Shown here: one piece after another, positions 1 through 12,661 of the stretch | Numbering within the stretch: the stretch's first letter is position 1 | Layout of the letters: every line of letters begins with the position of its first letter | DNA from: Macrostomum hystrix | Lineage: Eukaryota; Animalia; Platyhelminthes | DNA length: 64,000 nucleotides | Reading direction: 5' to 3' | Assembly (NCBI GenBank): GCA_950097015.1 | Contig: CATNEN010000038.1 | Location: forward strand, 16,864,001-16,928,000 | Notes under the pieces: model-generated | Seen by the model: the letters and a program-made list of their open reading frames with translations, nothing else | The model's database searches: none | Told to the model about the DNA's origin: nothing | Translations under genes and position numbers: made by a program

Positions 1-854
1 GGACCAAGGGACAAAAAAGGAAGGCGTGAAGAAAAGGAAAAAGGGGAGAGAAAAAGAGAGCAAATGAGAGCAAACTAAGTTGTAAATAGAGCAATGAAAC
101 GAACTAAGTCGCAAATGAGAGCAAAAACTAAGTCGCATGGCTGGCTAAGATTTGGGAGGTTGCGCATGTATGGCCTGTATGCTTGATAGATAAGGAGAAG
201 GGCATACAGATATTTGATAGATTTCTGTATAGGGTAGTGCCTTACATTGTGCAAAATTTTGCCAAGCCATGCTACACTTTTGCTCCCTGTTATTTGCTCA
301 CAATAAAAGAGTTGAATGCATGGTTGATTTTCACATTATACCCCAATAGCTTTAGGGAAAAATATAAGCAAATAGTGTTTTAATAAGCAACTATGGGAGC
401 TAGTTACTATTGGTTTTTGTTTATATGTTTATTTGGTAAGAAGTTTTTTCAAGCAAGTAAATGGCTACTTATTTAAATTTTGTTTATTGAATACTCTTAC
501 ATTGCAGCTTCAAAACTCTGAATATTAAGAAAATGTTCCTTTAGATTTGTAACAAAAATATGCAAGAAACATTGATAGTCAGTTGATAAAAAGTATTATG
601 CCTAATTATGAGCACTGGGTATGTTGCTAGAGATACCATAGGCAATGAAGGATCCCTAGTCCTGGCTTAGATTTCATAGTTAGCCAGTACACTGAACAGG
701 TCCAATCAAAAGTCTCTGCTTGTTGCTTAGGTTGCACTCTTAGTAGGGCCATGGAATCAAAAAACAACAACAGCTCATGCAGATGCAGATGCAACATGCA
801 GATAACTGTTTAATAAAAAATGAAAATGAATAAACCAATTAACTTAATGGCCTC

Positions 855-1090
855 AATTTGTCCACATGTGCGGCTGACAGCACAGCCACAGTTATTGAAC
901 TGCACATCGGAATGCTGCATCGTGGCTATTCAGTCTATGGACTGGGGGGATGCCACAACAACCCTCTATTACCCCAATTAATGCGGGGACCCACCCAACA
1001 GCTGGTAGAACTGCTGCAATCCAGAATTAGGAGTCTTGCTATTGGACAAAAACTGTTCTAGTGGAGTCGAGAATCGAACCCCGAACTTTA
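855..1090 (-). mobile_element. SINE family B copy
   Basis: gtggagtcgagaatcgaacccc and cagtctatggactggg segments shared with the 24205-24497 and 30692 copies. Confidence 0.6.
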
Positions 1091-1275
1091 AATTTATAAT
1101 GGCTCAATAATGACCTGTTATTTATTTATATTTCTAATAGTGCATTGGTGAAATGGTGCCAGTGTGAGCTGCTAGGATAGAAATTTTAGTGAATTCGGCC
1201 AGGGCCAAAGTCTACATATTAAACTTTTTATAATACTATTATTGTTTTACAGATCTCTTTTAGTTCAATTAAACA

Positions 1276-1821
1276 ATGCGACCACTAACAGAAGATGAAA
1301 CTAAAGCTGTTTTTGAAAAGCTGTCCAAATTTATTGGCGACAGTTTGACAGCGCTGCTACAGCGCGCCGATCAGCAGTACTGCCTTCGCCTGCACCGCTG
1401 CCGAGTCTACTACGCCCCGGAGCCAACAATGAAGCGTGCGGCCAATGTTCAACACAAACAGCTGCTGAGTTTCGGCACCTGCCTAGGCAAATTCACCAAG
1501 TCTAATAAGTTTCACCTGCAGGTGACCGCTTTAGATTTCTTGGCGCCCTACGCTAAAAATAAAATCTGGCTGAAACCGTCCGCCGAGCAGCAATTCCTCT
1601 ATGGCCATCACGTGACCAAGGCTGGCCTGGGCCGCATCACGGACGCCACCCCGCAGTACGCCGGCCTTGTTGTGTACTCTATGAACGATACACCGCTTGG
1701 CTTCGGAGTGGCGGCCAAGTCTACTCTGCAGTGCCGCAAAGCTGATCCAATGGCTTTGGTCTGCTTTCATCAGGCTGATATTGGCGAATATATTCGCAGC
1801 GAGGCCACCTTGTTTGGCTGA
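1276..1821 (+). CDS. NIP7: 60S ribosome subunit biogenesis protein NIP7 (single coding exon, PUA domain)
   Basis: [24 protein letters not shown]...RVYY...[47 protein letters not shown]...[11 protein letters not shown]...[13 protein letters not shown] matches conserved NIP7; acceptor ttttacag ends at 1252 in the 5' leader. Confidence 0.97.
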   Translation: MRPLTEDETKAVFEKLSKFIGDSLTALLQRADQQYCLRLHRCRVYYAPEPTMKRAANVQHKQLLSFGTCLGKFTKSNKFHLQVTALDFLAPYAKNKIWLKPSAEQQFLYGHHVTKAGLGRITDATPQYAGLVVYSMNDTPLGFGVAAKSTLQCRKADPMALVCFHQADIGEYIRSEATLFG

Positions 1822-1978
1822 CCTGTTTTGTTAGCTGATTGATTGTCAAACTATTGATTTTTTATTGACGCATTTTAAAATACCATTGGCCTAAAGTGCT
1901 CTTTTAAATTCTAGGTGGCTAGACTAGACTTGTTGACTGTTACAAGATAAAGTAGACGGACTTGTTCAGCGATAATGA

Positions 1979-2258
1979 TGGAAGCTGGTTAGCCAGGTTT
2001 CCCCTGCTGCAACTGGAAGCTGGTTAGCCAGGTTTCCCCTGCTGTAACTGGAAGCTGGTTAGCCAGGTTTCCCCTGCTGTAACTGGAAGCTGGTTAGTCA
2101 GGTTTCCCCTGCTGCAACTGGAAGCTGGTTAGCCAGGTTTCCACTGCTGTAACTGGAAGCTGGTTAGTCAGGTTTCCCCTGCTGCAACTGGAAGCTGGTT
2201 AGCCAGGTTTCCACTGCTGCAACTGGAAGCTGGTTAGCCAGGTTTCCATTGCTGTATC
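1979..2258. repeat. 35-bp minisatellite, ~8 copies, downstream of NIP7
   Basis: GGAAGCTGGTTAGCCAGGTTTCCCCTGCTGCAACT. Confidence 0.95.
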
Positions 2259-2761
2259 TGAAAGTGTTAAAATTTTCGTCATCGCTATTTTGTTGTTCAT
2301 CTACCCTTAAATAGTTTGGCACATTCTAGCAAAATATACACGCGAATCTTATGTTTCGCATGCGTTACCATTGTTGTGGGTCAGTTGCAGCATTGCATGA
2401 GAGTTGCATTGATTGTAATCATTAATGTGAATATATTTAGTTCGTCCTTACTAATTTTTAAGTTCACTTATTTCAATTTTAGGTTAGAAAGACAGCTTAA
2501 AACTCAGTTGTTGAAGCTTCGGACTTTTAACGGGAAGGTCAGGAGTTCTATTCTTTGCCCAGGGGATGCAAGACATTAAACAGTTTAGTGTTTAATTTCA
2601 CCAAGCTTATGAATACCGGCATCAGTTTATTTCTACTAATCTTTCATTCGTTCTTTATTTCAGTGCGTAAATATTATTTTAACTGTGCAATTTCAGCCCG
2701 TTAGTTTACTAAGTAGTAGTATAGTGAGCATTTTGTGTACTACTAAAACTATTGCGGACTC

Positions 2762-5700
2762 ATGGAAGAAACCGATTCAGCCGAGAAGGTTATGAAGAAT
2801 GCTCTTTTAGCTGAGATTCAAGTGAGTTGACTTTCTTTTTGATTTTCTGACACTTTAAAACATTTTTGGCATGACAAATTTGAATTAATTCAAAAGAAAT
2901 CTTAATTAGATAGTAATACAGTAAGATAGTCAAGTAATACTTATCTACTAAAGATAATAAGATAATACCCGTTCTTATCCATATGGACTTCTCATTGTAT
3001 CTTGAGCATGTTATATTTTATCGCGAATACTTAACATCATCATTCGAACATCAATTTGCAATCAAGTGTATGCAATCATGTATTAGGCTTAGGTGGCTTC
3101 TTGGCCTTGAATAATGATAGACTGTTACTTGACCTTGGCTATGCACTTATTGTCACGTGACTGTCCCGTGACTGCACGGAATCTAACTTTTAATGTAGCA
3201 TCAAACATCGCGTGATGTTTGACCTTGACGCATGAACAGTTAAACAAATCCTACAGTATCAAGCATTGCGTGATGTTTGACCTTGACGCATGAACAGTTA
3301 AACAAATCCTACAGTATCAAGCATCGCGTGATGGTTGACCTTGACGCATGAACAGTTAAACAAATCCTACAGTATCAAGCATTGCGTGATGGTTGACCTT
3401 GACGCATGAACAGTTAAACAAATCCTACAGTATCAAGCATCGCGTGATGGTTGACCTTGACGCATGAACAGTTAAACAAATCCTACAGTATCAAGCATCG
3501 CGTGATGGTTGACCTTGACGCATGAACAGTTAAACAAATCCTACAGTATCAAGCATCGCGTGATGGTTGACCTTGACGCATGAACAGTTAAACAAATCCT
3601 ACAGTATCAAGCATCGCGTGATGGTTGACCTTGACGCATGAACAGTTAAACAAATCCTACAGTATCAAGCATTGCGTGATGTTTGACCTTGACGCATGAA
3701 CAGTTAAACAAATCCTACAGTATCAAGCATCGCGTGATGTTTGACCTTGACTCATGAACAGTTAAACAAATCCTACAGTATCAAGCATTGCGTGATGGTT
3801 GACCTTGACTCATGAACAGTTAAACAAATCCTACAGTATCAAGCATCGCGTGATGTTTGACCTTGACTCATGAACAGTTAAACAAATCCTACAGTATCAA
3901 GCATCGCGTGATGTTTGACCTTGACGCATGAACAGTTAAACAAATCCTACAGTATCAAGCATCGCGTGATGGTTGACCTTGACTCATGAACAGTTAAACA
4001 AATCCTACAGTATCAAGCATCGCGTGATGTTTGACATTAACGAATTTACTTTAAAACATTGTGGCTTATAATATTTCAACATAAGAAGTAAAGTGAAAAA
4101 TTACTACGCTACTTTTCTATAAAAAGCTACGACTAAAATGTGAATAGGAATTCCTTAATCCTTAGGAAACTTTGTTACTACTGATCTTCTTCATAAGTAG
4201 TCTCTAACATTATTCCTTGCGCCAACAATTTTATAATTTAGGCGAACGAAGCCGACATACAAGAGGCGGAGAAGATTCTTAACAAAAAGCTGTCACTTCT
4301 TAGCCTGATTGCCAGCTGTTTGAATGGCCAGGAGTTTGAGGACTTTTGCCCGGTGCCGAGGATCTGCGATTCGGTGGGCATTTTTCTCTTCATTTTAGTG
4401 GGATGAAATTGCGTATTATGGTTTTAGGAATATTTTTAGATGACTTTATTCAAAACAATTGACCCAACTGGACCAGATGTGCAGCAGACAGCCCAGCTGC
4501 AGCTATGGCTTTTCAGCCCACGGACAGGCTCTCGCAGGGGCTTCGCACCCACCCTCAATTAACCCCCCGCAAGTCTTGAAAAAAAACTTATTTTCAAGTG
4601 GAATCAAGAATCGAACCCCCGACATTCAGGTTGTGAGGCTGGGGATCTAGGGATTGCAGTTGTGGGAATATTATCCGAAGATAGTTGGAGTATTGAGTGA
4701 GCATGACACTTCCAGGAAATGATTCGACTAATCGACTCCGTTGACTCATCCCAGTCACCTGCCGACAATGTCCTCCACGCCGCCGTCCCGCTAACGTTGC
4801 GCGATGCGATTTCGTCAAGCCAAGCTAACCTGGGTGTGTCAGTCGAATGTCACAGCCTCAGACAGTTTGTGTTTCATCAGTACTGGCTTGTGTGTGCCAG
4901 TCTGAATCTTTCAAGGTAAGACGCTTTTTTATGTACAGTTGGTTACGGCTTATATCTTTAGATAGAATCAAATCAGTCGATGGTTGTTATGAGAACAGTC
5001 GATAATAATAATAATAATAATAAAAAATAATAATAATAATCAATAATAATATCAGGAAGGCTGGGGCAATGGCACATCATTTGGTGACACTAGACCCGCA
5101 GCCAGTGGAGGCAATTCTGTCCATTTCGCTGATTGCTGAGCACACGCTGACACAGGTGTGTACATCTGCCCTGCTTTCTCATCGTCAGGCAGTGTACACT
5201 CTCACTGTGCCTTGGAGGTTGACCCTTAAGGGCGTAAATTGTACGACAAGCCCCCAAGCCTTCTCTACGCGGCTGCGCCCCAAATAAATGGGGTCTTGCC
5301 GCGGAATCGAGCTCAGGGACCTTGGTGCGAGAGGCAAATGCGTAAACCGCTCTTCCACTGACCCCCTAGACAACAGTCGATGGTTTCAGGTTATGAGAAC
5401 AGTCGATGGTTGGTATTTGAGCAGTCGATGGCTAGTATAAAAAATTAGCTTTGATGTTTCGCAGGCAATCCTCAGCTGAGCAGACCAGCAGAGCAGAAGC
5501 TGGTCCATTGTTAGTCTCACTGCAGCTGCTGCCCCTGAGCACACCTGGTTTGTGTAGCGACTCAAACAGTGCTCAGCAACAGCACAGCTGCTCATGGTGG
5601 CACAGCGACGATTTAACAATTGCCGACAGTCAGCTCAACGCAGACAGCTGCCAATTTAATCTTACCGCCTGGTGTCAACGCGAAGGCGTCCTTGGCGACG

Positions 5701-7303
5701 AAGGCGTCGACAACGCCTGCCTAGCAACAGTAGAGCTGCGATTCAAATCCGACTTGTCGAGTCGGTTTTTGCGTCGACTCGGCGGCCCTCTGCGATTGGA
5801 CACGGCCGCCGCTTTGCTGGCCTGCGATTGGCAGACTGTGCTAGCTGCTCACACAGAGTCTGTAGATAGCTGTGAGTGCCCGCTAATATATATTGTCCCG
5901 ATCATTTGGTAAAGCAATCCCGTAACTCATGATCCATTCAATCCATGAGTCAAATTCCTCAATCTACTCGTACTTTACTTGGAATTCCCCAATCTATACT
6001 GTGCTAAGAATCCCAATTCCTAAGTCAATACTGAGCTGGGAATTCCTTTTCTCCAATCTATACTGAGCTAGAAATCCCTATTCCTAAATCTATACTGAGC
6101 TGGGAATATCGTTTCCTAAATCTATTAATGAGCTAGGAATCCATTTTCCCCAGTCTATACTGATCTGGGAATCCCTTTTCCCCAATCTATACTGAGCTGG
6201 GAATCCCATTTCCTAAAGCTATACTGAGCTGGGAATCCCTATTCTCCAATCTATACTGAGCTGGGAATCCCATTTCCTAAAGCTATACTGAGCTGGGAAT
6301 CCCTATTCCCTAATCTATACTGAGCTGGGAATCCCTATTCCCTAATCTATACTGAGCTGGGAATCCCTATTCCCTAATCTATACTGAGCTGGGAATCCCT
6401 ATTCCCTAATCTATACTGAGCTGGGAATCCCTATTCCCTAATCTATACTGAGCTGGGAATCCCTATTCCCTAATCTATACTGAGCTGGGAATCCCTATTC
6501 CCTAATCTATACTGAGCTGGGAATCCCTATTCCCTAATCTATACTGAGCTGGGAATCCCTATTCCCTAATCTCTGATCTATTTGTGTTCCCTTATTTGAT
6601 TGTTTTAGCTGCTCTACTGCAACTATCAGCTTGCCTAGATAGAATCCAGAGCACACGACGACTTAAACAGGATTCTTTAAACCAAAAGCAGCAGCAGCAG
6701 CAGCAGCTTAGGGAGCGACTATTCAACAGAGGCCAAGTATCTGACAGACGATCCCTAATGCAGGGGGTGGCCGTAGGCAGCGCTGATTGGATCACAGCGC
6801 CAGCCAGTTTGGCCGGCTGTCGTATCGAATGGCCCGATCCGGTTGATGATCAACTGACACTTCGATACCTGCTGCCTGAACAGTGCGGCCTGCTGTCTGA
6901 ATTGCTCGCCAAAGCCGCTCAGATTCAGCAGCGACGCCCGGACTCGGTATCGGGCATCGTTGAAGCCAATTCTGCGGCGATTGACTCGCTAGCTAGTGGA
7001 TTGCTGTCCGCCTGTGACTCTGCCGCGATGGCCTTGTCGCATGTCGGCGTGGGTGCCGTTGACTGTCTGTCAATCGGAGTGGAGCCAGTTGCTGAACTGC
7101 TTAGCCGCGGAGACACAGGCAGCGGCGGGTCCATTGGCGACTGGATCAACGAGCTGACAGCAGCGCTGGAGACAGCTAGAACTGCCGGAGTCGATGTGGT
7201 CGGCTGCGGCAATGAGAAGCGTCAGCAGTTACTAGCACAAGAGCTGCTGCGAGCTGTTGAGCTGATGACTGAGTCTGTCACAGTCGGCCCCAGTGGCGAG
7301 TGA
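2762..7303 (+). CDS. Uncharacterised ~490 aa protein, 5 exons (2762-2821, 4242-4373, 4716-4915, 5465-5871, 6630-7303)
   Basis: GT-AG junctions with compatible phases (0,0,2,1) give a continuous frame MEETDSAEKV...ANEADIQEAEK...EMIRLIDSV...RQSSAEQ...SCLDRIQ...GPSGE*; the last acceptor could alternatively be at 6608; family not recognised. Confidence 0.7.
3200..4035. repeat. 58-bp intronic minisatellite, ~14 copies
   Basis: AGCATCGCGTGATGGTTGACCTTGACGCATGAACAGTTAAACAAATCCTACAGTATCA. Confidence 0.95.
5003..5366 (-). mobile_element. tRNA-derived SINE, family A
   Basis: Reverse complement of the 13751/20083 copies; (TTA)n tail; flanked by direct repeat AACAGTCGAT. Confidence 0.85.
5985..6572. 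repeat. 32-bp intronic minisatellite
   Basis: CTGGGAATCCCTATTCCCTAATCTATACTGAG; degenerate at the left, homogeneous at the right. Confidence 0.95.
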
Positions 7304-7356
7304 CCTCGGAATTGATTTTTGTGCTGTTCCTATCTACCCGTCATTCGGTAGGACAC

Positions 7357-7567
7357 CCTGTCTACTCCACTTCTTCATTAGCATACCCTGTCTACTCCAC
7401 TTCTTCATTAGCATATCCTGTCTACTCAACTTCTTCATTAACTTATCCTGTCTGCTCCACTTCAGTAGCATATCCTGTCTACTCCACTTCTTCATTAGCA
7501 TATCCTGTCTACTCAACTTCTTCATTAGCATATCCTGTCTACTCAACTTCTTCATTAGCATATCCTG
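7357..7567. repeat. 30-bp minisatellite
   Basis: CCTGTCTACTCCACTTCTTCATTAGCATAT. Confidence 0.9.
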
Positions 7568-8633
7568 TTGTCGGAAATGCTTCCTCCAGAACTCCTTCTC
7601 GTCGTTTCCTTCGACTCTCCTCTTTTCTCTCCTGCTCACCGATTAGTTAATCAGTACGTTTCACTGCACTTTAATTGTTTCGCCTTCTATCGTCCTTTTA
7701 GCCCATAGACTACGCACCCTGCCCGCCCCTTTGTTAACTCAATCGTTGTCTATGTTTTAAGTCCTTGCTCGGTACAGTTCCCCTTTAGTTGCTTCTAGTA
7801 CGCACTAAGCCCACTAGTTCTTCGGACCAAATGCTTTCACTTTCTTAACGTTAGCTGGGTGAGATGAATCAATGCAGAGTAGTGTCTTGCTAAAGCACAC
7901 AAATTGTTCCAGTGGGTCCGGAATCGAACCTCCGACCTTTAAGTCCGACGCTCTAAGGACATGGCTTTAAACGTCCTCTACCCCCTCTCCTTCATTAAGT
8001 TGTCGTGTATCTACTGATACTGAGTCAAATGCAGTGCTATTTTAATACCAGCTTTGGATCGCATTTGCTCTTTTTTATTCAATTGCTGGAAAATTTCCAC
8101 GATATATGATGGCATTTTCAATGAATTCCAGCTTTTTTGTCATGCGGAGCTATCTTAGTGCACGTTTTATGTAAATAAAAACAGTTTATAATAAATTAAA
8201 TTATATATATTCAGTGCTGACTGCAGTTTTAATTTTCGCTTTTAGGCCATGCAGAAAAAAACATTGAGAGTCAGAGTTTAAAGATACCTTCATTTTTCAG
8301 CTTTCGCTGTTAAAAGGTTAATATCAATATTTACCGGACACAGACAACACAATCAATATACTTTCATTTACATTAAAATAGTAGTTCACAGGTGCAAGCG
8401 AACAGGTAAATTCAGCTGCGTCATTTGCTTCAACTGCTTGACTAATTATCGGCTAATTAGTTCACGGTAAAACAACAGCAAAAGACAATAAAACTATATA
8501 AAAGTACTATTCAATATTCCGTTAATATATACCATTCCTATTGCAGATTTTGTTGAACTAGAGACAGGTTTCTTCTTATTAAAATGTGAAAATTCAAGCA
8601 ATCAATGGAAAAAATCGTATTGCAAAACAAAAT

Positions 8634-9228
8634 TCAGGTGTCTGGGGTTTCTGGTCAGGTGTCTGGGGTTTCTGGTCAGGTGTCTGGGGTTTCTGGTCAG
8701 GTGTCTGGGGTTTCTGGTCAGTTGTCCGGGGTTTCTGGTCAGGTGTCTGGGGTTTCTGGTCAGGTGTCTGGAGTTTCTGGTCAGGTGTCTGGGGTTTCTG
8801 GTCAGGTGTCTGGGGTTTCTGGTCAGGTGTCTGGAGTTTCTGGTCAGGTGTCTGGGGTTTCTGGTCAGGTGTCTGGAGTTTCTGGTCAGGTGTCTGGGGT
8901 TTCTGGTCAGGTGTCTGGGGTTTCTGGTCAGGTGTCTGGGGTTTCTGGTCAGGTGTCTGGAGTTTCTGGTCAGGTGTCTGGGGTTTCTGGTCAGGTGTCT
9001 GGGGTTTCTGGTCAGGTGTCTGGGGTTTCTGGTCAGGTGTCTGGAGTTTCTGGTCAGGTGTCTGGGGTTTCTGGTCAGGTGTCTGGGGTTTCTGGTCAGG
9101 TGTCTGGGGTTTCTGGTCAGGTGTCTGGGGTTTCTGGTCAGGTGTCTGGGGTTTCTGGTCAGGTGTCTGGGGTTTCTGGTCAGGTGTCTGGGGTTTTTTG
9201 TCAGGTGTCTGGGGTTTCTGGTCAGGTG
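8634..9228. repeat. 21-bp minisatellite
   Basis: TCAGGTGTCTGGGGTTTCTGG. Confidence 0.95.
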
Positions 9229-9439
9229 TTAAAGTTCATGTAAACTTAAAATTTGTAAACTTTAGGCTAATTTAACACATGGATTTGCACTAGTTAACAT
9301 TAGTTAGCATTTTTTAACTGGTTGAAGTGTCCAGCCATTGTTGCCATATTTAGTTTCATTTAGAGAGTCTTGGTGAATAGTTTAATTGATGGTCGATACC
9401 TATAAAGCGGCTTTAAAATTCTAATTACAATAGAGATAT

Positions 9440-12170
9440 TCACATAAATCTTCGCTGAGGTGGCTGCTGCTGCTGCTGCTGCGGCTGTCCCGCCGTATTG
9501 AACAGGCTAGACAGATTGGCCCCTGGATAGGCTCTGGCGGCGGCGTACGCGGCAGCGGCGGCTGCAGCTGCGGCTTCTGACGGAGCCAACTGTTGCTGCT
9601 GCTGCTGTTGCTGTACAAAAGCTGATCCTTGCGGTGGTTGAGGTGGAAATTGCTGCAACAGCTGCATCTGCTGAGCTGATTGGCCGGTAGTGATTGAGCC
9701 GCGATAGGACGCTAGCGGAGGCTGGACCGGGGAGACTTTGATGCCTGTCTGCGCGTGGCTCTGCTGGGCTTGTTGAGCGAACAGCAACTGGCCGTGGAAC
9801 GGATTCAGGCCCAGACTGGTCACAGTCACCGGCGGCGGAGGCAACGGCTGCGGAGGCACAGATGGCGGCATTTTGGGGGGCGGCGGTGGCAACTTGCCTG
9901 CTACGGAGACCCGGTACTGCTGCTGCTGCTGCTGCTGCGACAGATGAGATGATGCCGACACAACCTGGAAGAAATTTAGTGCAAAGGTGGATAAAAACAT
10001 TTACTAATTGGCAGGCTACTCATTGTAACAGATAAACGCTATTTGTCTCAGATTAGCTACTACTACTGGTCATGCTACCAGTCTAACAGGTAGGCTACCA
10101 GGCTACAGTGAGAGTGTACACTGCCTGACAATGAGAAAGTCAGGGCAGATGTACACACCTGTGTCAGCGTGTGCTCAGGAATCAGTCTAATATAAAGGCC
10201 AACTATTTTGCAGGTAAACTAGTGTCCAACAGACACGCAATCTCACCTGGCACATGGGACTAGAGTGAGCCGAGGCCACAGAAGAAGGACTCGGCGAACG
10301 TCGCCTTTTTAGCGATACCAGCTGCTGCTGCTGCTGCTGCTGCATCTGTTGTGGCGGAGGCAGCGGCGGCGGCTGCTGAACAGCTCCGCTGGTGCCTGCC
10401 TGAGCTACGTAGCCGAGCGCGCGAAGCTGAGGGGCCGGAAGGCCAGCCGAGATGGCGCCGTACTGGGGAAACTGCTGCGACAGCTGCAGCAGCTGCGTCT
10501 GGGCCTCCTTCTGGCGCTCCTTCTGATTTGATTCCTCGGCTGACACCTCCTACAGGGAGAATGATTGTTAGACAGAGAGCGGCAATGGTTTAACAATGTG
10601 TTACACTGAGAGACTGACTGTTCGGCAATAATTTTCTGTTAGACAAGGTGTCGGGTCTGTTAGACAGGGTGTAGGATCTGTTAGACAGGGTGTAGGATCT
10701 GTTAGACAAGGTGTCGGATCTGTTAGACAGGGTGTAGGATCTGTTAGACAGGGTGTAGGATCTGTTAGACAGGGTGTAGGATCTGTTAGACAGGGTGTAG
10801 GATCTGTTAGACAAGGTGTCGGATCTGTTAGACAGGGTGTAGGATCTGTTAGACAGGGTGTAGGATCTGTTAGACAGGGTGTAGGATCTGTTAGACAGGG
10901 TGTCGGATCTGTTTAGACAGGGTGTCGGATCTGTTAGACAAGATGTAGGATGGATTAGACAGGGTGTAGGATCTGTTAGACAGGGTGTAGGATCTGTTAG
11001 ACAGGGTGTAGGATCTGTTAGATAGGGTGTAGGATCTGTTAGACAGGGTGTAGGATCTGTTAGACAAGATGTAGGATGGATTAGACAGGGTGTAGGATCT
11101 GTTAGACAGGGTGTAGGATCTGTTAGACAGGGTGTCGGATCTGTTAGACAGGGTGTAGGATCTGTTAGACAGGGTGTAGGATCTGTTAGACAGGGTGTCG
11201 GATCTGTTAGACAGGGTGTCGGATCTGTTAGACAGGGTGTAGGATCTGTTAGACAGGGTGTAGGATCTGTTAGACAGGGTGTCGGATCTGTTAGACAGGG
11301 TGTAGGATCTGTTAGACAGGGTGTAGGATCTGTTAGACAGGGTGTAGGATCTGTTAGACAGGGTGTCGGATCTGTTAGACAGGGTGTCGGATCTGTTAGA
11401 CAGGGTGTAGGATCTGTTAGACAGGGTGTAGGATCTGTTAGACAGGGTGTAGGATCTGTTAGACAGGGTGTCGGATCTGTTAGACAGGGTGTAGGATCTG
11501 TTAGACAGGGTGTAGGATCTGTTAGACAGGGTGTAGGATCTGTTAGACAGGGTGTCGGATCTGTTAGACAGGGTGTAGGATCTGTTAGACAGGGTGTAGG
11601 ATCTGTTAGACAGGGTGTAGGATCTGTTAGACAGGGTGTCGGATCTGTTAGACAGGGTGTCGGATCTGTTAGACAGGGTGTAGGATCTGTTAGACAGGGT
11701 GTCGGATCTGTTAGACAGGGTGTAGGATCTGTTAGACAGGGTGTAGGATCTGTTAGACAGGGTGTAGGATCTGTTAGACAGGGTGTAGGATCTGTTAGAA
11801 AGGGTATGGAATTGGTTAGATAGTGTGTCAAATCTGCTAGAGAGGATGTCAGCAAGAAAATGTAACTTAATTAACTTAAGAATTATAAGCATATTTTTGC
11901 TAAGCAACTCGCCTTGAACCTGCTAAAAAGTTTTGTTTTCTCCTTGCGCAATTCCTCCAATTTCTTCTCCAGTCGTTTGACCTCTTCTTCTGTCTTCTGC
12001 AGGCTCAGAGCAGTCTGTCTGCGCATCTCCTCGCGCTCTGCTCTCAGTCGCTGATTTGTGGCGTCCAAAGCGCGCATATCGGCCTCCTTCTGACGCTGCC
12101 TAAGAATGTGCCGCTTCAGTGACTGGTACATTGTTTGCGTCATCTTCGGCCGCTCGTGCATCACCGGCAT
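9440..12170 (-). CDS. GPS2: G protein pathway suppressor 2 (NCoR/SMRT complex subunit), 3 exons (12170-11913, 10549-10247, 9964-9440)
   Basis: N-terminus MPVMHERPKMTQTMYQSLKRHILRQRQK...LSLQKTEEEVKRLEKKLEELRKEKTKLFSRFK|EVSAEE resembles GPS2 MPALLERPKLS..ALHRHI..SLEETKEQILKLEEKL..EKHQLFLQLKKVLHEE; Q/P-rich tail with KRRRSPSP. Confidence 0.85.
10105..10186 (+). mobile_element. SINE family A internal fragment in a GPS2 intron
   Basis: gtgtacactgcctgacaatgagaaagtcagggcagatgtacacacctgtg shared with the full copies. Confidence 0.75.
10616..11800. repeat. 21-bp minisatellite in GPS2 intron 1
   Basis: GGGTGTAGGATCTGTTAGACA. Confidence 0.95.
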
Positions 12171-12661
12171 GGCTGATGTGCTATTGGCTGGAGTTATAGT
12201 CAAGATATTCTTTACATGCAACCTGTTGAAGCCTTCAATTGTCTGACATTTTAAAATTTACTATAATTTGATACCCATGCAAGAATTAAAGCTACTAGCT
12301 TATAATTCTATTTTTCGAATGACTGCATGATGCACAAATACAAATTGATACTTTATTTATGCTTGTTTACACTTCCTAAATTTTACATCAACCATTTTGT
12401 TATATAATCAATAAGAAAACTCTGAATATTGCAATCAAGTATTTTTAATAATTATAATAAAAACAAAAAATAATCAAATTGTGGCAGTGCTTTTAGTTTA
12501 CATTTACTGCAATAAATGTTGCCTTTTTAGCTATTGTAACATTATTCCACAAAAAAGACAAGCATTGTGTAACTAAGTCGCTAAAGCAAGAAGCAGAAGG
12601 GAATGCAAGAAGGTGAATATATTTGCGAGGGGCTGGGCCTCACGCACTTGTTAAGTGGGGT

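Noticed and set aside
8586-11907. SGVWGFW, VSGQ, TDPTPCL and LSNRSYT repeat ORFs
   Set aside because: 21-bp tandem repeats in intergenic DNA and the GPS2 intron; not coding
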